Source: the human T2T-CHM13v2.0 reference genome, Homo sapiens
Strand: one strand, 5' to 3'
Assembly (NCBI RefSeq): GCF_009914755.1
Contig: NC_060932.1
DNA: 64,000 nt
Shown here: one piece after another, positions 1-12,199 of the stretch
Position numbering within the stretch: the stretch's first letter is position 1
Layout of the letters: every line of letters begins with the position of its first letter
Translations under genes and position numbers: made by a program
The notes under the pieces: model-generated
The model's input: only the letters and a program-made list of their open reading frames with translations
The model's database searches: none
What the model was told of the DNA's origin: nothing

Positions 1-35
1 TATATTAAAAACTCATTACTAATATTTCTATGTTT

Positions 36-290
36 GTTTGTTTTTTGGGGGGCGTGAGCTCGGCTCACTGCAAGCTCCGCTTCCCGGGTTCACGTCATTC
101 TCCTGCCTCAGCCTCCCGAGTAGCTGGGACTACAGGCGCCCGCAACCAGGCCGGGCTAATTTTTTGTATTTTTAGTAGAGATGGGGTTTCACCGTGTTAG
201 CCAGGATGGTCTCGATCTCCTGATCTGGTGATCCGCCCGTCTCGGCCTCCCAAAGTGCCGGGATTACAAGCGTGAGCCACCACGCCCAAC
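36..290 (-). mobile_element. AluY SINE with ~40-bp deletion next to the tail
   Basis: AluY-diagnostic motifs (CAAGCTCCGC, GTTAGCCAGGATGGTCTCGATCTCC). 17-bp TSD CTAATATTTCTATGTTT at 19-35 and 291-307. Confidence 0.93.
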
Positions 291-1211
291 CTAATATTTC
301 TATGTTTATGTGTGTATTAGTATCTACATGTAGGTACAAACGTCTAAATATATTTATATGTAACATCATATAAACCATATCTGTAACTATCTAAAAGATA
401 GACTCTCTCTATAGCATACTGTTACACAGGTAAATATTATACAGGCACACATACGTGAAAAAAATCTACTTAGGTCATATTTCTACTGTGGCCTGCATGA
501 TTCTTAAAAGAGAAAAAGTTACTTAATTAAATCCTTGTCTCTGAAACCAAAAACCAAATCGATTTATTTGCCTTCTGAATAATATTTTGATTAAATTAGC
601 AACTGTCTTGTTACCATGTAATATAATGAAGACAATTTTTCTTTACTTTAAAAAAACAACATTTCATTGGATGCCTCTTTAACTCCAGTTGATTTTAGCT
701 TATTTGTTAATATTAAATATGTAGTATAAATATTTAATAAAATTATATAAAGAAAAATGTTTTCATCACCCAAGTTTTTTCAGTCCTCTTGTAATGCATA
801 TTGTAAGTTTAAATGTGTTACTTTTATACAACTTATGAACGCTTTTGACACATAGTCGTTTTCCTCCTGCTTACACATGACTATGCCGTTTCATTCTCTT
901 TTGAGGCCCGTTATACAGTTAGCATTTTTCATGTGTCATAGTGTTCTACTGAGTATACATATCACCAATTATGAATGGGACACATTTTAATATTTTGTAA
1001 TCATTAAAAAAAGGAAGTGACCTGCATTTGAGTCCTTCGTTTTGCCCATCTTCCCCATTTGTACTGTGTACCAAGTCTGTAATAAGTACAAGGGTTATAT
1101 GGCAAAAGGACAGATGCTATTAGTCCCTTCATGGAATTTAGCTTATGTATAGAAGGAAATAACAATAAAATGGTATTAGAAGTGTTGCAGAATGAAAAAG
1201 TGTTAGTTAGA

Positions 1212-1388
1212 TTAAAAGGAAAAGCAATATGGAGAGAGAAAAGGAAGAGCTAAAAATAAATCAGCTATGAAGTCAGGAACTTGAGGCAGGATGGTGCTCA
1301 TATGAACCAAAAATAGGTGCAGTGGAGCTGTAGCTGTGTGAGGGGCTGAAAACTGAAAGACAGCTAAGGATGGACAGATGGACAAGGT
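1212..1388 (+). repeat. Donor copy of a 177-bp local direct duplication (second copy 2574-2750)
   Basis: Manual alignment shows ~17 substitutions and two 3-bp indels. The ORF track gives near-identical minus-strand peptides at both sites. Confidence 0.92.
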
Positions 1389-1769
1389 CAAAGTCATCTT
1401 AAGAAAAGTTGAGATAATTCCCTTAGGATAATTTATTTTACAACTGAGTTATTTCCAAAAATAATGAGCATTCTTTTTTTCTCTCCCAACTATATGTATG
1501 ATAATTCAATGTACTCATTTTAAAATGCAAATTTCATCTAAATATCCATCTATTTAACACTCATTTACTTCTCAATGACAAATGATGCTCCTGGTGTTAT
1601 ATATAATAAAAAGTAATGAATTTGGAATTCATTTACTCTGTTCAATTTTGTCTAATTTATGTCTGTGACATACCACACTGATTCCCTTCATTTAACAAAC
1701 TAATATTCACATGACTGTCACCATAGTAGCATTTTCTTAGGACAATTATGTTTCATCACATAAATGCTA

Positions 1770-2075
1770 ATTATTCAATCATTTTCCATGGTAAATATAT
1801 TTTTATCTCCTACAATATGGCAGGCATTATGTTTGGTTCTCACAGTGAACCAAGGGTGTTCTGTCTCCTTCCCTCGTGGGGCCTGCAGTTGGTAGAAGAG
1901 ACAGATAGCAATAAAATTGTCACTCAGATAAAAAAATATAGTTACACTCTTAAGAAGTACCAGCAAGGAGGAATGCAAAGTGGCACATATTTATATTATA
2001 CTGGGAAAATCCATGCGAAAATTGTACAGGGTTCATCTGTGAGGACATAGCAATGAGTTCACATAGGAAGGATGA
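1770..2075 (-). mobile_element. L2 LINE 3' fragment
   Basis: Degenerate match to the L2 3' end (TACAATATGGCAGGCATT...CAGTGAACCAAG...CCCTCGTGGGGCCTGCAG...GAGACAGA). Confidence 0.6.
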
Positions 2076-2830
2076 GTAATAATATAATATATATTATATA
2101 TAAATATAATATAATATATTATATATTTATATATAAATATAATATAATATATCATATTATATTTATATATAATATATATTATATATAAAATATAGGATCA
2201 GTAATACCACAGAGTAATTGCAAAATTACTGATATATACACATATACATATGAGATCCCATCCCAGTCTATCCATAGTGTGTCATCTGTAACTGTTTTCA
2301 AGCTAGAATGACAAGTGATGGGACTGTGTAGTTGACAAAGCCAGTTACTATCTGGCCCTTTACAGCAAAGTTATTATTTTTTTATATATTGTTATTATTA
2401 TTATATATATATCATATATAATATAGGTATTATATATAGATAATAATTATATATTATTATCTATATATATTATATATAGATAATAATAATATAGATAATA
2501 ATTATATATATATATAACCATATGTGTGTGTGTATATATATATAAGGAGATATATATATATATATATATAAGGTTAAGAGGAAAAGGAATATGGAGAGAG
2601 AAAGGGAACAGCCAAAAATGCAGCCATGAAGTCAGGAACTTGAGGCAGGATGGTGCTCATGTGAACCAAAAATAATAAATGCAGTGCAGTTGTCGCTGTG
2701 TGAGGGGCTGAAAACTGAAGGACTACTAAGGATGGCCAGATGGACAAGGTATTTATATATATACATATATGTAGAGAGAGAGAGAGAATAGATATAGACA
2801 GTAGATAGAAAGAGATATATGAAGAGAGAT
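2076..2830. repeat. (TA)n/AT low-complexity tract interrupted by three locally templated inserts, ending in a (GA)-rich tract
   Basis: TA-rich blocks at 2076-2194, 2373-2570 and 2751-2770. Inserts at 2195-2226, 2246-2372 and 2574-2750 match nearby sequence. Confidence 0.9.
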
Positions 2831-3627
2831 TTATCTTTATCACATCTTTCTGGTCATTTTGATGGTCTGTCATTTGATTTTTTCTGTGATTTTGTTATGC
2901 TACCTTTCATTTTATCAGCATTTTATATTTTTATGTGATAAATATAATGTCTAAAGTACTTGAGGATCTAAAGTTATTGGGATGATATTTACATATATTT
3001 TTCATTTCTGCTGTCTCTAATCCATTGTGAGGTTTTTTTTTGTGTGCTTGATCTTTGTTTATGTGTTTCCATTTGTTCAATCCTAGTTTGTGCATGTTCT
3101 GAGGGCCTAAATTGACCATGTTTTCTTCCAAAGAGAATGTATTTTCCTCTTTGGAGAAGAAGAGGTCATTAACAAAATTTGATCAAATTTTGTATCCCTC
3201 AATGTTCTTAGGCTTAATATTCTCGGATTCATTTACATTTCTCATTATGGATCTTAAATTAATAAAAGATCCATTTTTCTCAGGTGGGATCGCAGTGCTC
3301 CTGTTGGTACTTACCTCCACACAAGCCTTGCTATCCTGCTGGGGATGTCAATTAACAACACTTCGAGAAGGTGATAGGATGTCCAGTTTTCGTTTACCCA
3401 AATTCAATACCTTCCTTTTATGGTGGTATTAAAAAACCCTCATTACAGCCTCAGCTTCCACTGAACAGATTTTAGTTTGTGAGGGTTTTTTCTAAGCAGT
3501 TACAGGGATTTGTAAGATTGATTTATCATTATTTTATTCTTACTTAGACATTATTCAAAAATAACACAACTAATTTCCAGTAGAAAATATGCATTCTATT
3601 TTGCAATTACTCTGTGGTATTACTGAT

Positions 3628-5190
3628 CCCTTTTATAAATTTCAGGTACATCGTGAGATTTTAGTTACCTCACTTTTCTATATCTTATATGCTGCTTTAC
3701 TACATTTTCTATTTTGCATTTTAATCATATTTGGTATTCATTACTACATATAAACTATTCCCACTTAGGGTGAACTATACCAAAATAATAAGGAAACAAA
3801 AGAATTATAAAATTCCCTAAATAGGGATTGACAAACTGTGGCTGTGGACTGAATCCAACCAGATCCTGTTTTTATAAATAAAGACATATGAGATCCCATC
3901 CCTGTCTATCCATAATATGTCACCTGTAACTCTTTTCATGCTAGAATGGTAAGTGACGGGACTGTATAGTTGACAAAGCCAGTTACTATCTGGCCCTTTA
4001 CAGCAAAGTTTGACTATCTCTGGCTTAAAATTATGATGAAAAAGTACAATAAACTGTCACTATTGCATTCCCATTTTCTTTTTATTGCATTTGCAAGAGT
4101 TTTACCTTTTCAAAAGTATATAAAACAAGACTAGAGACACCATCTTTGTAGGCTGCTTTTAATTTTTATTGAACACAGTTGAAAATAAAATTTTTATTCT
4201 CTACTAAATAATGGCAAAGAAAAAGATAATTGGCAGAGAAAGACATACCGAAATTATTAGAAAAATGATAGGATAAAAGCAACAAACAGCAACATTTGAG
4301 ACTATAAAGATGATGGTGAATGTGACCTTATAAGTGAAATATTAGGTAAACTTTTAGGTGATAGTATCTTTAATGAATTTTCTCAAACTTAAGAATTTGT
4401 GATTGGAGAATGTATACATAAGTAAAAATGGAAAATAATGATGTTCTTATCAATGTAGTCATTCAACAGGCAGAATTTCATAATGCAATATTTTGTGACA
4501 AAATCTTGGCCAATCCCATTTTGTTAAAAAGACACATCTAAGTAATTTTATTCTTGTTAGGTTTATGTGCCAAAATTTACTTGATACTCTTCAGAAGCAA
4601 AAGTATAATGAAAGCAGATGTATAAAAAAAGGTAACTAGAAGAAAATAAATGATAAAGATATTTTAAATCACTGGGTAGGTTATTCTAAATGCTGTCTAT
4701 AAATTAAAAAGTAGAAGACAAAATTATATAGAAAAGAAGTTGGTCTTCTCTTTAAGATACTTATGAGCCAGCAAAGGTTTCAAAAATTATTCAAATATTG
4801 TATTTTGATGATGCAAGTGTAAGAAAAATCACTCAAAATGATACACTAGAACTTGTTGGAAACACATTTGGAATCTAGCATTATTAGTATTTACAAGAAT
4901 GATAAATTGCAGATCCATGTATGACAATTAATGAACAGCTACTTGCATGCAGAAGACAATTGCACTGTCCATTTTTCATACATATAAATTGAACACCAGT
5001 GGAATAAAGAATATATTTTGTGTTCATTATGGTTAAATTCTTATTATAATTTTTAGTAAACTGCTTTCATAATTTCTTTATTCTTACTTCTAGAAATTAA
5101 TGAAATAATTTAAAGTATAAAAATTAAACAGATCCGTTGGACCCACACGATAAATAATAATGCCTATTTTCCCAAGTACAATAAAGGTTA
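3628..5190 (+). mobile_element. piggyBac-family DNA transposon fossil (Looper-like), disrupted transposase
   Basis: From 4763 the translation (with frameshifts and stops) is MSQQRFQKLF..YFDDASVRK..NDTLELVGNTF and PCMTINEQLLACRR..HCPF. This resembles the piggyBac MSRNRF..L.FDD and TVDEQLVAFRGRCPF motifs. The right end AAAGGTTA (5183-5190) resembles AAGGG-TTAA. The left end (CCCTTT at ~3628) is tentative. Confidence 0.75.
3822..4022 (+). mobile_element. MER58A (hAT-Charlie MITE)
   Basis: AGGGATTGACAAACT...CCTGTTTTTATAAATAAAG...TTACTATCTGGCCCTTTACAGCAAAGTTTGAC..CTG. Confidence 0.85.
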
Positions 5191-6299
5191 GCACCTAGTT
5201 ACTAGGTTTATTTGTGAGATTTTCATGTGACATAGTTCATTTGCCCTACATTTTTAATGTGATTACCAAAAGAAGAATATTCTTTCAATAAATTTGTTAG
5301 AAGACAAATCCAAACAGAAAGTTCTTACAGCATACAATTTGAAATGATTTTCCTCTTCCAACCAGTGATGTTCACACAGCTAGGTGAATGCAAGTAAAAG
5401 GTGGGAACATCATCTTTACTTTCTCCACTCTCCCCTCGTGGCAAGCTAAACTTCTTCCATTTTATCTTCTCCCTTTACCTTCTGTCCCATGTCTCTAATT
5501 CACAATCCAGAGCTGTTGAGTCATTAATAACAATAGGAGTGGGATATATTCCCCACGCCTAATGGAATGTAAATCACTGGACTGATGGGTTGTAAATCCC
5601 TGTTTTCAGTTAACCACATTCTCATTAAATTCAGTGAGCCTAATGAATAACTTTGGAAGGCACAAGATTTTTATAAATTATCCTTCGAGTTCACAAATTA
5701 AAGTTATATCCAACAGAACTACTTCAATGTTAATGGCCTTTACAGAATGCTTGGTGACACTTAAATGTCTTTAATAAAAATAAATCCATTTATATCTATT
5801 ATAAAGAGATTCATGTTATTTGAATCTAAGATGCAAAAGGGTTAGAGCCCCCTGGCTGGGGAGCATATTAGACTTTTAATGTCTGCTCTCTGCTATGAAT
5901 TCATGCAGAGATGCAATAATGATGCATTTTTCCCTGGGTTACTGATATTTCAAATTCATTCTTTTATCTGTGATCTGGAATTATTCTACAATTTTGTCTC
6001 AAAATTTTAATTTTTAACTTCTGTGACTTTCTTTGGTTCCAGAAAATAATTTATTTAAAGTAATTTGTTAAATATAATTTATAAAATAATGTATTTTGTT
6101 ACATGAGGGAATATATGTAAAATATTTCACAGAATTTCACCCTTCCTGGGATGGCAAATTTTTTGATGGCATCAAATTACATATCTATATTTGTTGGCCA
6201 CCAATGGATGATAAAAAAGAGAAATGAAAATGGACTTTGATATTATAAACTTAATGATGCCTAAACAGCAATCTAGGTATAATTCAACAAAGAAATACT

Positions 6300-6788
6300 G
6301 TTGTGAAAATAAGCCATAATTCAACACAGACTAGTGAACATTTGAAAAATATGAACAAAAGTGTAAGAAACTAGAGAAGGCAATAAGAATGTATGACATA
6401 TATGATTTGATCCTTAAGTATTGAATTAAGGCAATGTAGCAGATAAATAGTCAATATGATGGATGCTTAGAAATTTCCAGATTTGGTAGAACATGCATTC
6501 TGAGCCACACAAATAAAAATTAGTCATTTCATTGACATAGTATTGTCAAATTACATTCAGAACAACAACAACAAAAGAAAACCAGAATATTAAGAGCAAC
6601 TAGGAATAAAAAGACCATTTACCTTAAAAGCAGAAGAATTATCAACGGCAATAATAGAAGCTAAAAATATATATTAGAATTTTATCTCTAAAGTGTTTCT
6701 GGAAACCATAACTGTTTCTTTAGTAAGCCATAACCAGTTAATTATTATTCAGGAAAGAAAGCAATAGAGCAGTGAAGGATAAATATTT
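6300..6788 (+). mobile_element. Ancient L1/HAL1-type ORF1 remnant
   Basis: A-rich strand. Degenerate ORF1p C-terminal peptide (RILRATRNKKTIYLK, resembling KILKAAREK.QITYK). Confidence 0.55.
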
Positions 6789-7095
6789 GTAATAAAGAGT
6801 GTGGCTCCATTTTTGGTGTTCAACTACTGAATGCATCTGCAGACTTGGCCTCTCTTTCGTCTTTGGCCCCACATCTGTGCAGCCTGGTAAGAGAACCCAT
6901 GCACATGCACCTCCTCCTTTGGCATCAGCAGGAAAATTAAACCTCCTGCACAGGAACATTTCCCCCAGCCTCCCCTTGAGCCACAGCAGAGGCCGAACCT
7001 CCTCCCTTTGCTTTGCCCAAACAAGTCTGGAGTAGCTAGTGCGTGCCCAGCTCTCTCTGGAAGCCCCTTGTGTGAAAGATGCTGGCAAAACAAAA
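6789..7095 (+). mobile_element. ERVL-class LTR fragment (MER54/MER74-like)
   Basis: Starts TGTAATAAAGAGTGTGGCTCCATTTTTGGTGTT and contains GCCCCACATCTG and CCTCCTTTGGC. GC-rich relative to flanks. Confidence 0.6.
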
Positions 7096-7559
7096 TTTTT
7101 TAAATGCAATTCAGATTTGAGGTTACCCGAGTGAAAGCATTTAAAGTACATCATCATTCTTAAAGTGGATAGAGATATCAATCAGTTTGAAACCTTTCTA
7201 AGTATGCATGGTAGACATTGAAGAGTAACCAGAAGAACAGAAACAGGGCCTTGAACCCCACATTTGCAGAGAAAAAGGGCAATGAAGGAAAGGCAGTCAA
7301 TCTAATAGAAGTCAGAAGAGCAGAAAATAACAGCAACAAGGGAGGGTTATGGTATATAGAAAACATAAAATATAAAGAGGGACGATATCCAAGTATAGCC
7401 TGTAAGTGGTTACTGCTATGTGTCTACCCAATATCCTCAACAAAAGAATCTGTAATTCTTTCCCGGGGGGAATATTCTTTTGTCTACTGGTGGTGATAGG
7501 TTCGGTGCTGAAAAGTTATGTGAGAAATAGAGCTCTGAATAAGTTCATGTTTTACATAA

Positions 7560-7886
7560 AAGAGTATAGCCTTCACTGGTGTGTAATTTTATCTGCCCAC
7601 CCCTCCCCACCACTCCCACACCCACCACAACTTTCAGGTAACCTAATGCAGGAGTGGTACCTGTGGATAAAGCTGCTGTTTTGCATTTGTGAGGTTGAGA
7701 GCCACAGAATGAGAAGGGGGAAGGGGGAAGCTCCAAGGGTCCTTCCTTCATGACTTGCTCAAGCAGCCATACCAGCTCTGATATTCCCATGATATAGGAA
7801 AAAAACATTCCTCATTCCTCATTTGATGAAGCCACACTAAACCGTTTTTTGCTGTATGCTGCCCAATACAACCCAAACTGATAACA
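7560..7886 (+). mobile_element. Old MaLR LTR (MLT1J/K-like), 3' part
   Basis: Ends ...AAGCCAC...TGCTGCCCAATACAACCCAAACTGATAACA, like the MLT1 3' terminus. Confidence 0.55.
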
Positions 7887-8084
7887 TCATTCCCATATAT
7901 TGATGAAACGTATTACATAGACTTTTTTAAAAAATCAGAAATAATGGAATTACATTAAAACCAAGCCAACCAACACAACAACAGTAACAAAAAACCATTT
8001 TAACATTGGTTTTAAAAAAAAGACATCTAAAATTTAAGGATAAAAAGTATTGAAGGTAAATGTGTGAAAAATCATTCATACTAA

Positions 8085-8450
8085 GTCTTCTAGGCACTTT
8101 CAACTCATTCTTTTAGATCTGTTCTCTCCACTTTCCATTCTCTTCTGTGCCCTAAAGGCTGACCTTCTGACCTCTGTGGACTTCATTACCAGGTTCTACT
8201 TCTCTCAGGCTTTCTGTTGGGCTTGTCCACTGGGACATTTTAGGAGACAGGCAGTAGAGAGTGGACAAAGGTGATGTCAAATATCTATTATCCAGGGTCC
8301 CTCACTGCTCAATTGCTGCATTTTGACTGTGTCTTTTTCAATGGGAGGCTGTGATTCCTCTCAGGTAGCTCCCTCATATATGTGATTTACAATATGCTCT
8401 CATTTCCCATAACCAAACAGTTTCCTTGTCTCTTCAGGTCTAAGGTGTGA
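8085..8450 (+). mobile_element. LTR33 (ERVL LTR)
   Basis: AGATCTGTTCTCTCCAC...CTGTGCCCTAAAGGCTGACCT...GGCTTTCTGTTGGGCTTGTCCACTGGG...CTCTTCAGGTCTAAGG matches the LTR33 pattern. Confidence 0.7.
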
Positions 8451-8459
8451 GACTTGTCC

Positions 8460-9030
8460 TAAGAAATCTAAAAAGTACAAATAAACTACAGGAGCAGATG
8501 ACTCAGATGCCTCACAGTAACTCCTTCTAATTCCTTACCTACGTTCCCTCACTTGGAGCTAGTGAAGGGGAGTTCTGCTCAACATGGGAGGAAAATTCAG
8601 GGGCCTGATTGAGGTGTGAATTCATAGCATGTTCTGGCACTGGCTGCAAATGAAGAACACTGAATCCTATCCCTACTCACTGGTGTCCCCGAAACCCATG
8701 GAGAAAGGAAATACACCATGGACAGGAACAGGATTTGCCTGCTTTATTAGGAAAGAGAGATGGCTCTAGATTTTGATACATATTGATTCTCGGTAGTGCA
8801 TAACAGGTGGCTCTGCTAGCTAGGCACTTGGGAAGGACAAAATTGGAATATTGTTGACAAGAAGAACTAAGAGATAGCTATCTGGATGGACCTTCTTGGA
8901 CTAGCACAGAGCATGAGGCTATTTACATTTCATGTAATCACCCAGCAGAAGCATCCACACTAGAGGAAGCTCTCAAAACTCAAATGGGAAAGATTACTCA
9001 GACATTTCCGTACTTGCTCAAAGGCCCATG
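8460..9030 (+). mobile_element. ERVL internal remnant, pol RNase H region (HERV16/ERV3-16A3-like)
   Basis: Degenerate peptides KERWL*ILIHIDS, GQNWNIVDKK, IWMDL and HPAEASTLEEALKTQMGKITQ resemble ERVL KERWPEVRIYTDS...WKIGDKE...AHQRASTAEEALNNQVDKMT. Confidence 0.7.
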
Positions 9031-9149
9031 TTATGAAATGACCACCCTTTGTGCTACTTTTGTACAAAAGGTACACATCTTGTACCATTGCTAATGTGTA
9101 TCCCTCCAAGAGATGCTGTGTCCTCGCAAGATTTCACTGAGGGAGATTC

Positions 9150-9505
9150 AGGTCTATGCTCATTATGCAGTGGATGACTGGATTCTCTTCCACATGGTTA
9201 GTTGTCTGGAGGCTTCCCTCATTCCCTGGACTTGCTGGCCTGTTTATAGAATGGTTTCCAACATGAAAGAAGCTAGTTTCCATCAGGGAGAGCACACAAG
9301 AGGGCAAAATGGAGGGAGCAACACTGAAGTCATGGTCATTTTGCAGACCTAATCCTGGATGTAACATCTCATCATTCTATCACATTCTATTTATTAAAAA
9401 TAAGTCCTGGGGTCTAGCCCACTTCGCAGGCTGAGGGAACACAAAGGATGTGAATGCCAGCAGGTGAGACTCACCGAGATCTGACTTGAGATTGCACATC
9501 TTAGT
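9150..9505 (-). mobile_element. MaLR LTR (MLT1F/G/H-like)
   Basis: GACCTAATCCTGGATGTAACATCTCATCATTCTATCACATTCTATTTATTA...GTCTAGCCCAC...GATGTGAATGCCAGCAGG. Confidence 0.7.
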
Positions 9506-9954
9506 AATATACAACCAATTATTTGTATAATAGTAATATACAACAAATTTTTTTGCTTTATTTTGGGAAAAGAGAGATAATCCCAACTTTATTTTTCAGA
9601 TCTGAGACCACACATTCTGAAAATTCACTTCATTTTTACCACATAGCTTCCACCAATAATCCTTTCCACACTCAGCTTTGATGGGACCAAAAGTTTTATA
9701 AAGAATGATTGGCCAATTGTCAAAGATACACTCATTTCCAAAATGTATCTTTTACATTTAACAAATTAATCTACAGAGAAAAACTTGTACTCTACAGAAA
9801 TCACTTTCTAAATGATAAAGCAATATTTTAAAATATGACAATATATGCCTCAAATTTTATCTGGAAATTTTACCTAGAGATTATAGAATGTAGTAATAAA
9901 ACAAAATATTTGGAAGTTTCTGGGTAGTTAGTGGATTAAAGAAAAGTTAACAGT

Positions 9955-10185
9955 CAATATTGGCCAAGTGTGAACCATTTACAAGCCAGTGCTTTAAATG
10001 TTCCAGTTGTATTAACTCTCTTAATCCTTACACCAACCACAGGGCTCGGTGCTATTTGCATTCGAATTTTAGAGCAAGGAAATTAAAGCTAAGAATGAAT
10101 AAATTAGGTTCTATGATTTAGGAAAAGAGGAAAGCTGGGATTTGAATCCTGATATTTCAGAACAGAAGCTTTACCCTGAGCACGT
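9955..10185 (-). mobile_element. MIR SINE
   Basis: Degenerate MIR core: TATTAACTCTCTTAATCCTTACACCAACC...TTTTAGAGCAAGGAAATTAAAGCT...GCTGGGATTTGAATCC. Confidence 0.7.
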
Positions 10186-10496
10186 CAATCATCCAGCGTG
10201 GCAGTCACTGAACTACACAGTGCAGACGACCTTCCCTCTCTCCCACGCCCACTCAATGAAAAGTTTCATTGTCCTTCTTCATTACTTGTTTATAATCCAG
10301 TCACAGGCCTTTGTTTTATCTCTCACAAAGCCCACTCTGCTAGATTAAACCAATTGGTCCATCTTTCAGGAGCTAATCAACGGAGAGTCATTCATTCAAT
10401 GTACAATTGTGGCCCCTTCCCGCTAGGAGGTGAAATTGCGTGCACACCTGGCATAGCTCACAAGCTTCCCTAACACACGTTTTCTATGACACTAAC

Positions 10497-10892
10497 TGTA
10501 CTAGTTTGCAAGGGCTACCATTACAAACTATCACAGACTGGGTGGCTTAAACGCAGAAATTTATTTTCTCACAATTTTGGAGGCTGGAAGTGTGAGATTA
10601 AGGTGCTGGCAAGGCTGGTTTCTTTTGGAGGCCCCTCTCCATGGCCTTTTCCTCCCTGGTTGGCCATTTTCTCCCTGTGTGTTTACAGGGCTTTCTCTCT
10701 GTAGACATCTGTATCCCAATATATTTTATACAAACACCAGTCATACTGGGTTACTACCCACCTGAATGCCCTCATTTTAATTTAATTATCTCTTTAAAGA
10801 CCCCTATCTTCAAATACAGTCACATTCTGAGTTCACAGGGAATAGGACTTCAACACACGAAATTGAGGGAGAATGCAATTCAGGCCATTGCA
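10497..10892 (-). mobile_element. MLT1B/MLT1C solo LTR (MaLR)
   Basis: TG...CA termini. Contains CAGACTGGGTGGCTTAAAC..AGAAATTTATTTTCTCACA and CAAATACAGTCACATTCTGAG. Flanks CTAAC/CTGAC form a 5-bp TSD with one mismatch. Confidence 0.88.
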
Positions 10893-10962
10893 CTGACTAA
10901 ATAGAAGGAAACATTAGCAGAAAATGTAAACAGGATGGAAGTGTAACTTTAAAGCTCTTCGG

Positions 10963-11292
10963 AGCTGGGAGAGGTGGCTCGTGCCTGTAATTCCAGCACT
11001 TTGGGAGGCAGAGGCAGACACATCACCTGAGGTCAGGCGTTCGAGACCAGCTTGACCAATATGGTGAAGCCCTGTCTCTACTAAAAATATAAAACCTAGC
11101 TGGGTGTGGTGGTACACTCCTGTAATCCCAGCTACTCAGAGACAGGAGAATCGCTTGAACCTGGGAGGCGGAGATTGCAGTGAGCCAAGATCACGCTACT
11201 GTACTCCAGCCTGGGCGACAGAGACTCTGTCTCAAAAGAATAAAATAAAATAAAATAAAATAAAATAAAATAAAATAAAATAAAATAAAATA
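10963..11292 (+). mobile_element. AluS SINE with (TAAAA)n tail
   Basis: Dimeric Alu with a ~10-bp deletion in the right arm. Pentanucleotide tail at 11239-11293. TSD-like AAAGCTCT on both sides. Confidence 0.93.
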
Positions 11293-12199
11293 AAGCTCTG
11301 GGGGAATTTCTTAAGGTTGATAAACTTAACATTATTATAACCAAGGGTTTTGCAAATAGTTCTACAAAATAATACAATATGGCTTTAATTAGGCACTGTA
11401 ACATTCTAAATTCTAAGTCATTACATAATTTGTTATATAAAACAATAAAGCATATTAGAAACTATAGAAAACAGTGCACATTGATTTTTTTTAGATTATT
11501 ACTTCTGGATTGACGGAGCATTGATAAGGTTTTGGCATCATGTTGTAAATTAAAAACACTGTGAAGCAGGAAAAATACATTTCTATTGCTGTGGAATCAG
11601 CATGCAAAAAGTCATTCAAATAACCTTAACATCAGGTATAATACTACCATAACAAATATTAATAGTATTATTTTTCTCAGGTTATTTCTAAATATGAGTT
11701 TCTTTCAATGGTTAACACAAAAAATCTTCAAGATATTATCTAGACTATATTGTTGAGTAAAAAAGTGTGGAACTGCCAGCATTCCAAAAATTGGTTAGGT
11801 GTTTTAGTTTACTTAGATAATCTATTAATGTTTATTAGTTATTGTTGACTCAAAAATTTTTTTTCATTTTTCTCACATTTTCCTGCATATGCCTTTTACA
11901 TATTTCCTAATTCGTACTGAGTAAAAATGGGCCTATTTTGTAATAAAGAGTTAAGTGGTGGAAAAGATTAAATTCTATTAGGATGATAGAGTTGCAGCCT
12001 CAGAAATAATTTCTGAATGTCTTTCATAGATCTTACATTCTTATTGAAATCCTCATTAACTACTAAAATTAATTTAACATACTTGAAAGGTTGTTATGAA
12101 TGGTCAATGTTGGAATAGTATTTACCCAAAGGCAAAGACACAGATATACATACATTATCACAGAAATTTAAGTTTAAAGAAATATATTATGTAATTGAC

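Noticed and set aside
1212-2873. Two paralogous small minus-strand ORFs (61 aa and 99 aa)
   Set aside because: The similarity is explained by the 177-bp DNA duplication. Non-ATG or low-complexity starts and no recognisable domain.
6738-7181. 147-aa minus-strand ORF
   Set aside because: It overlaps a GC-richer LTR fragment where stops are rarer, and has no domain similarity.
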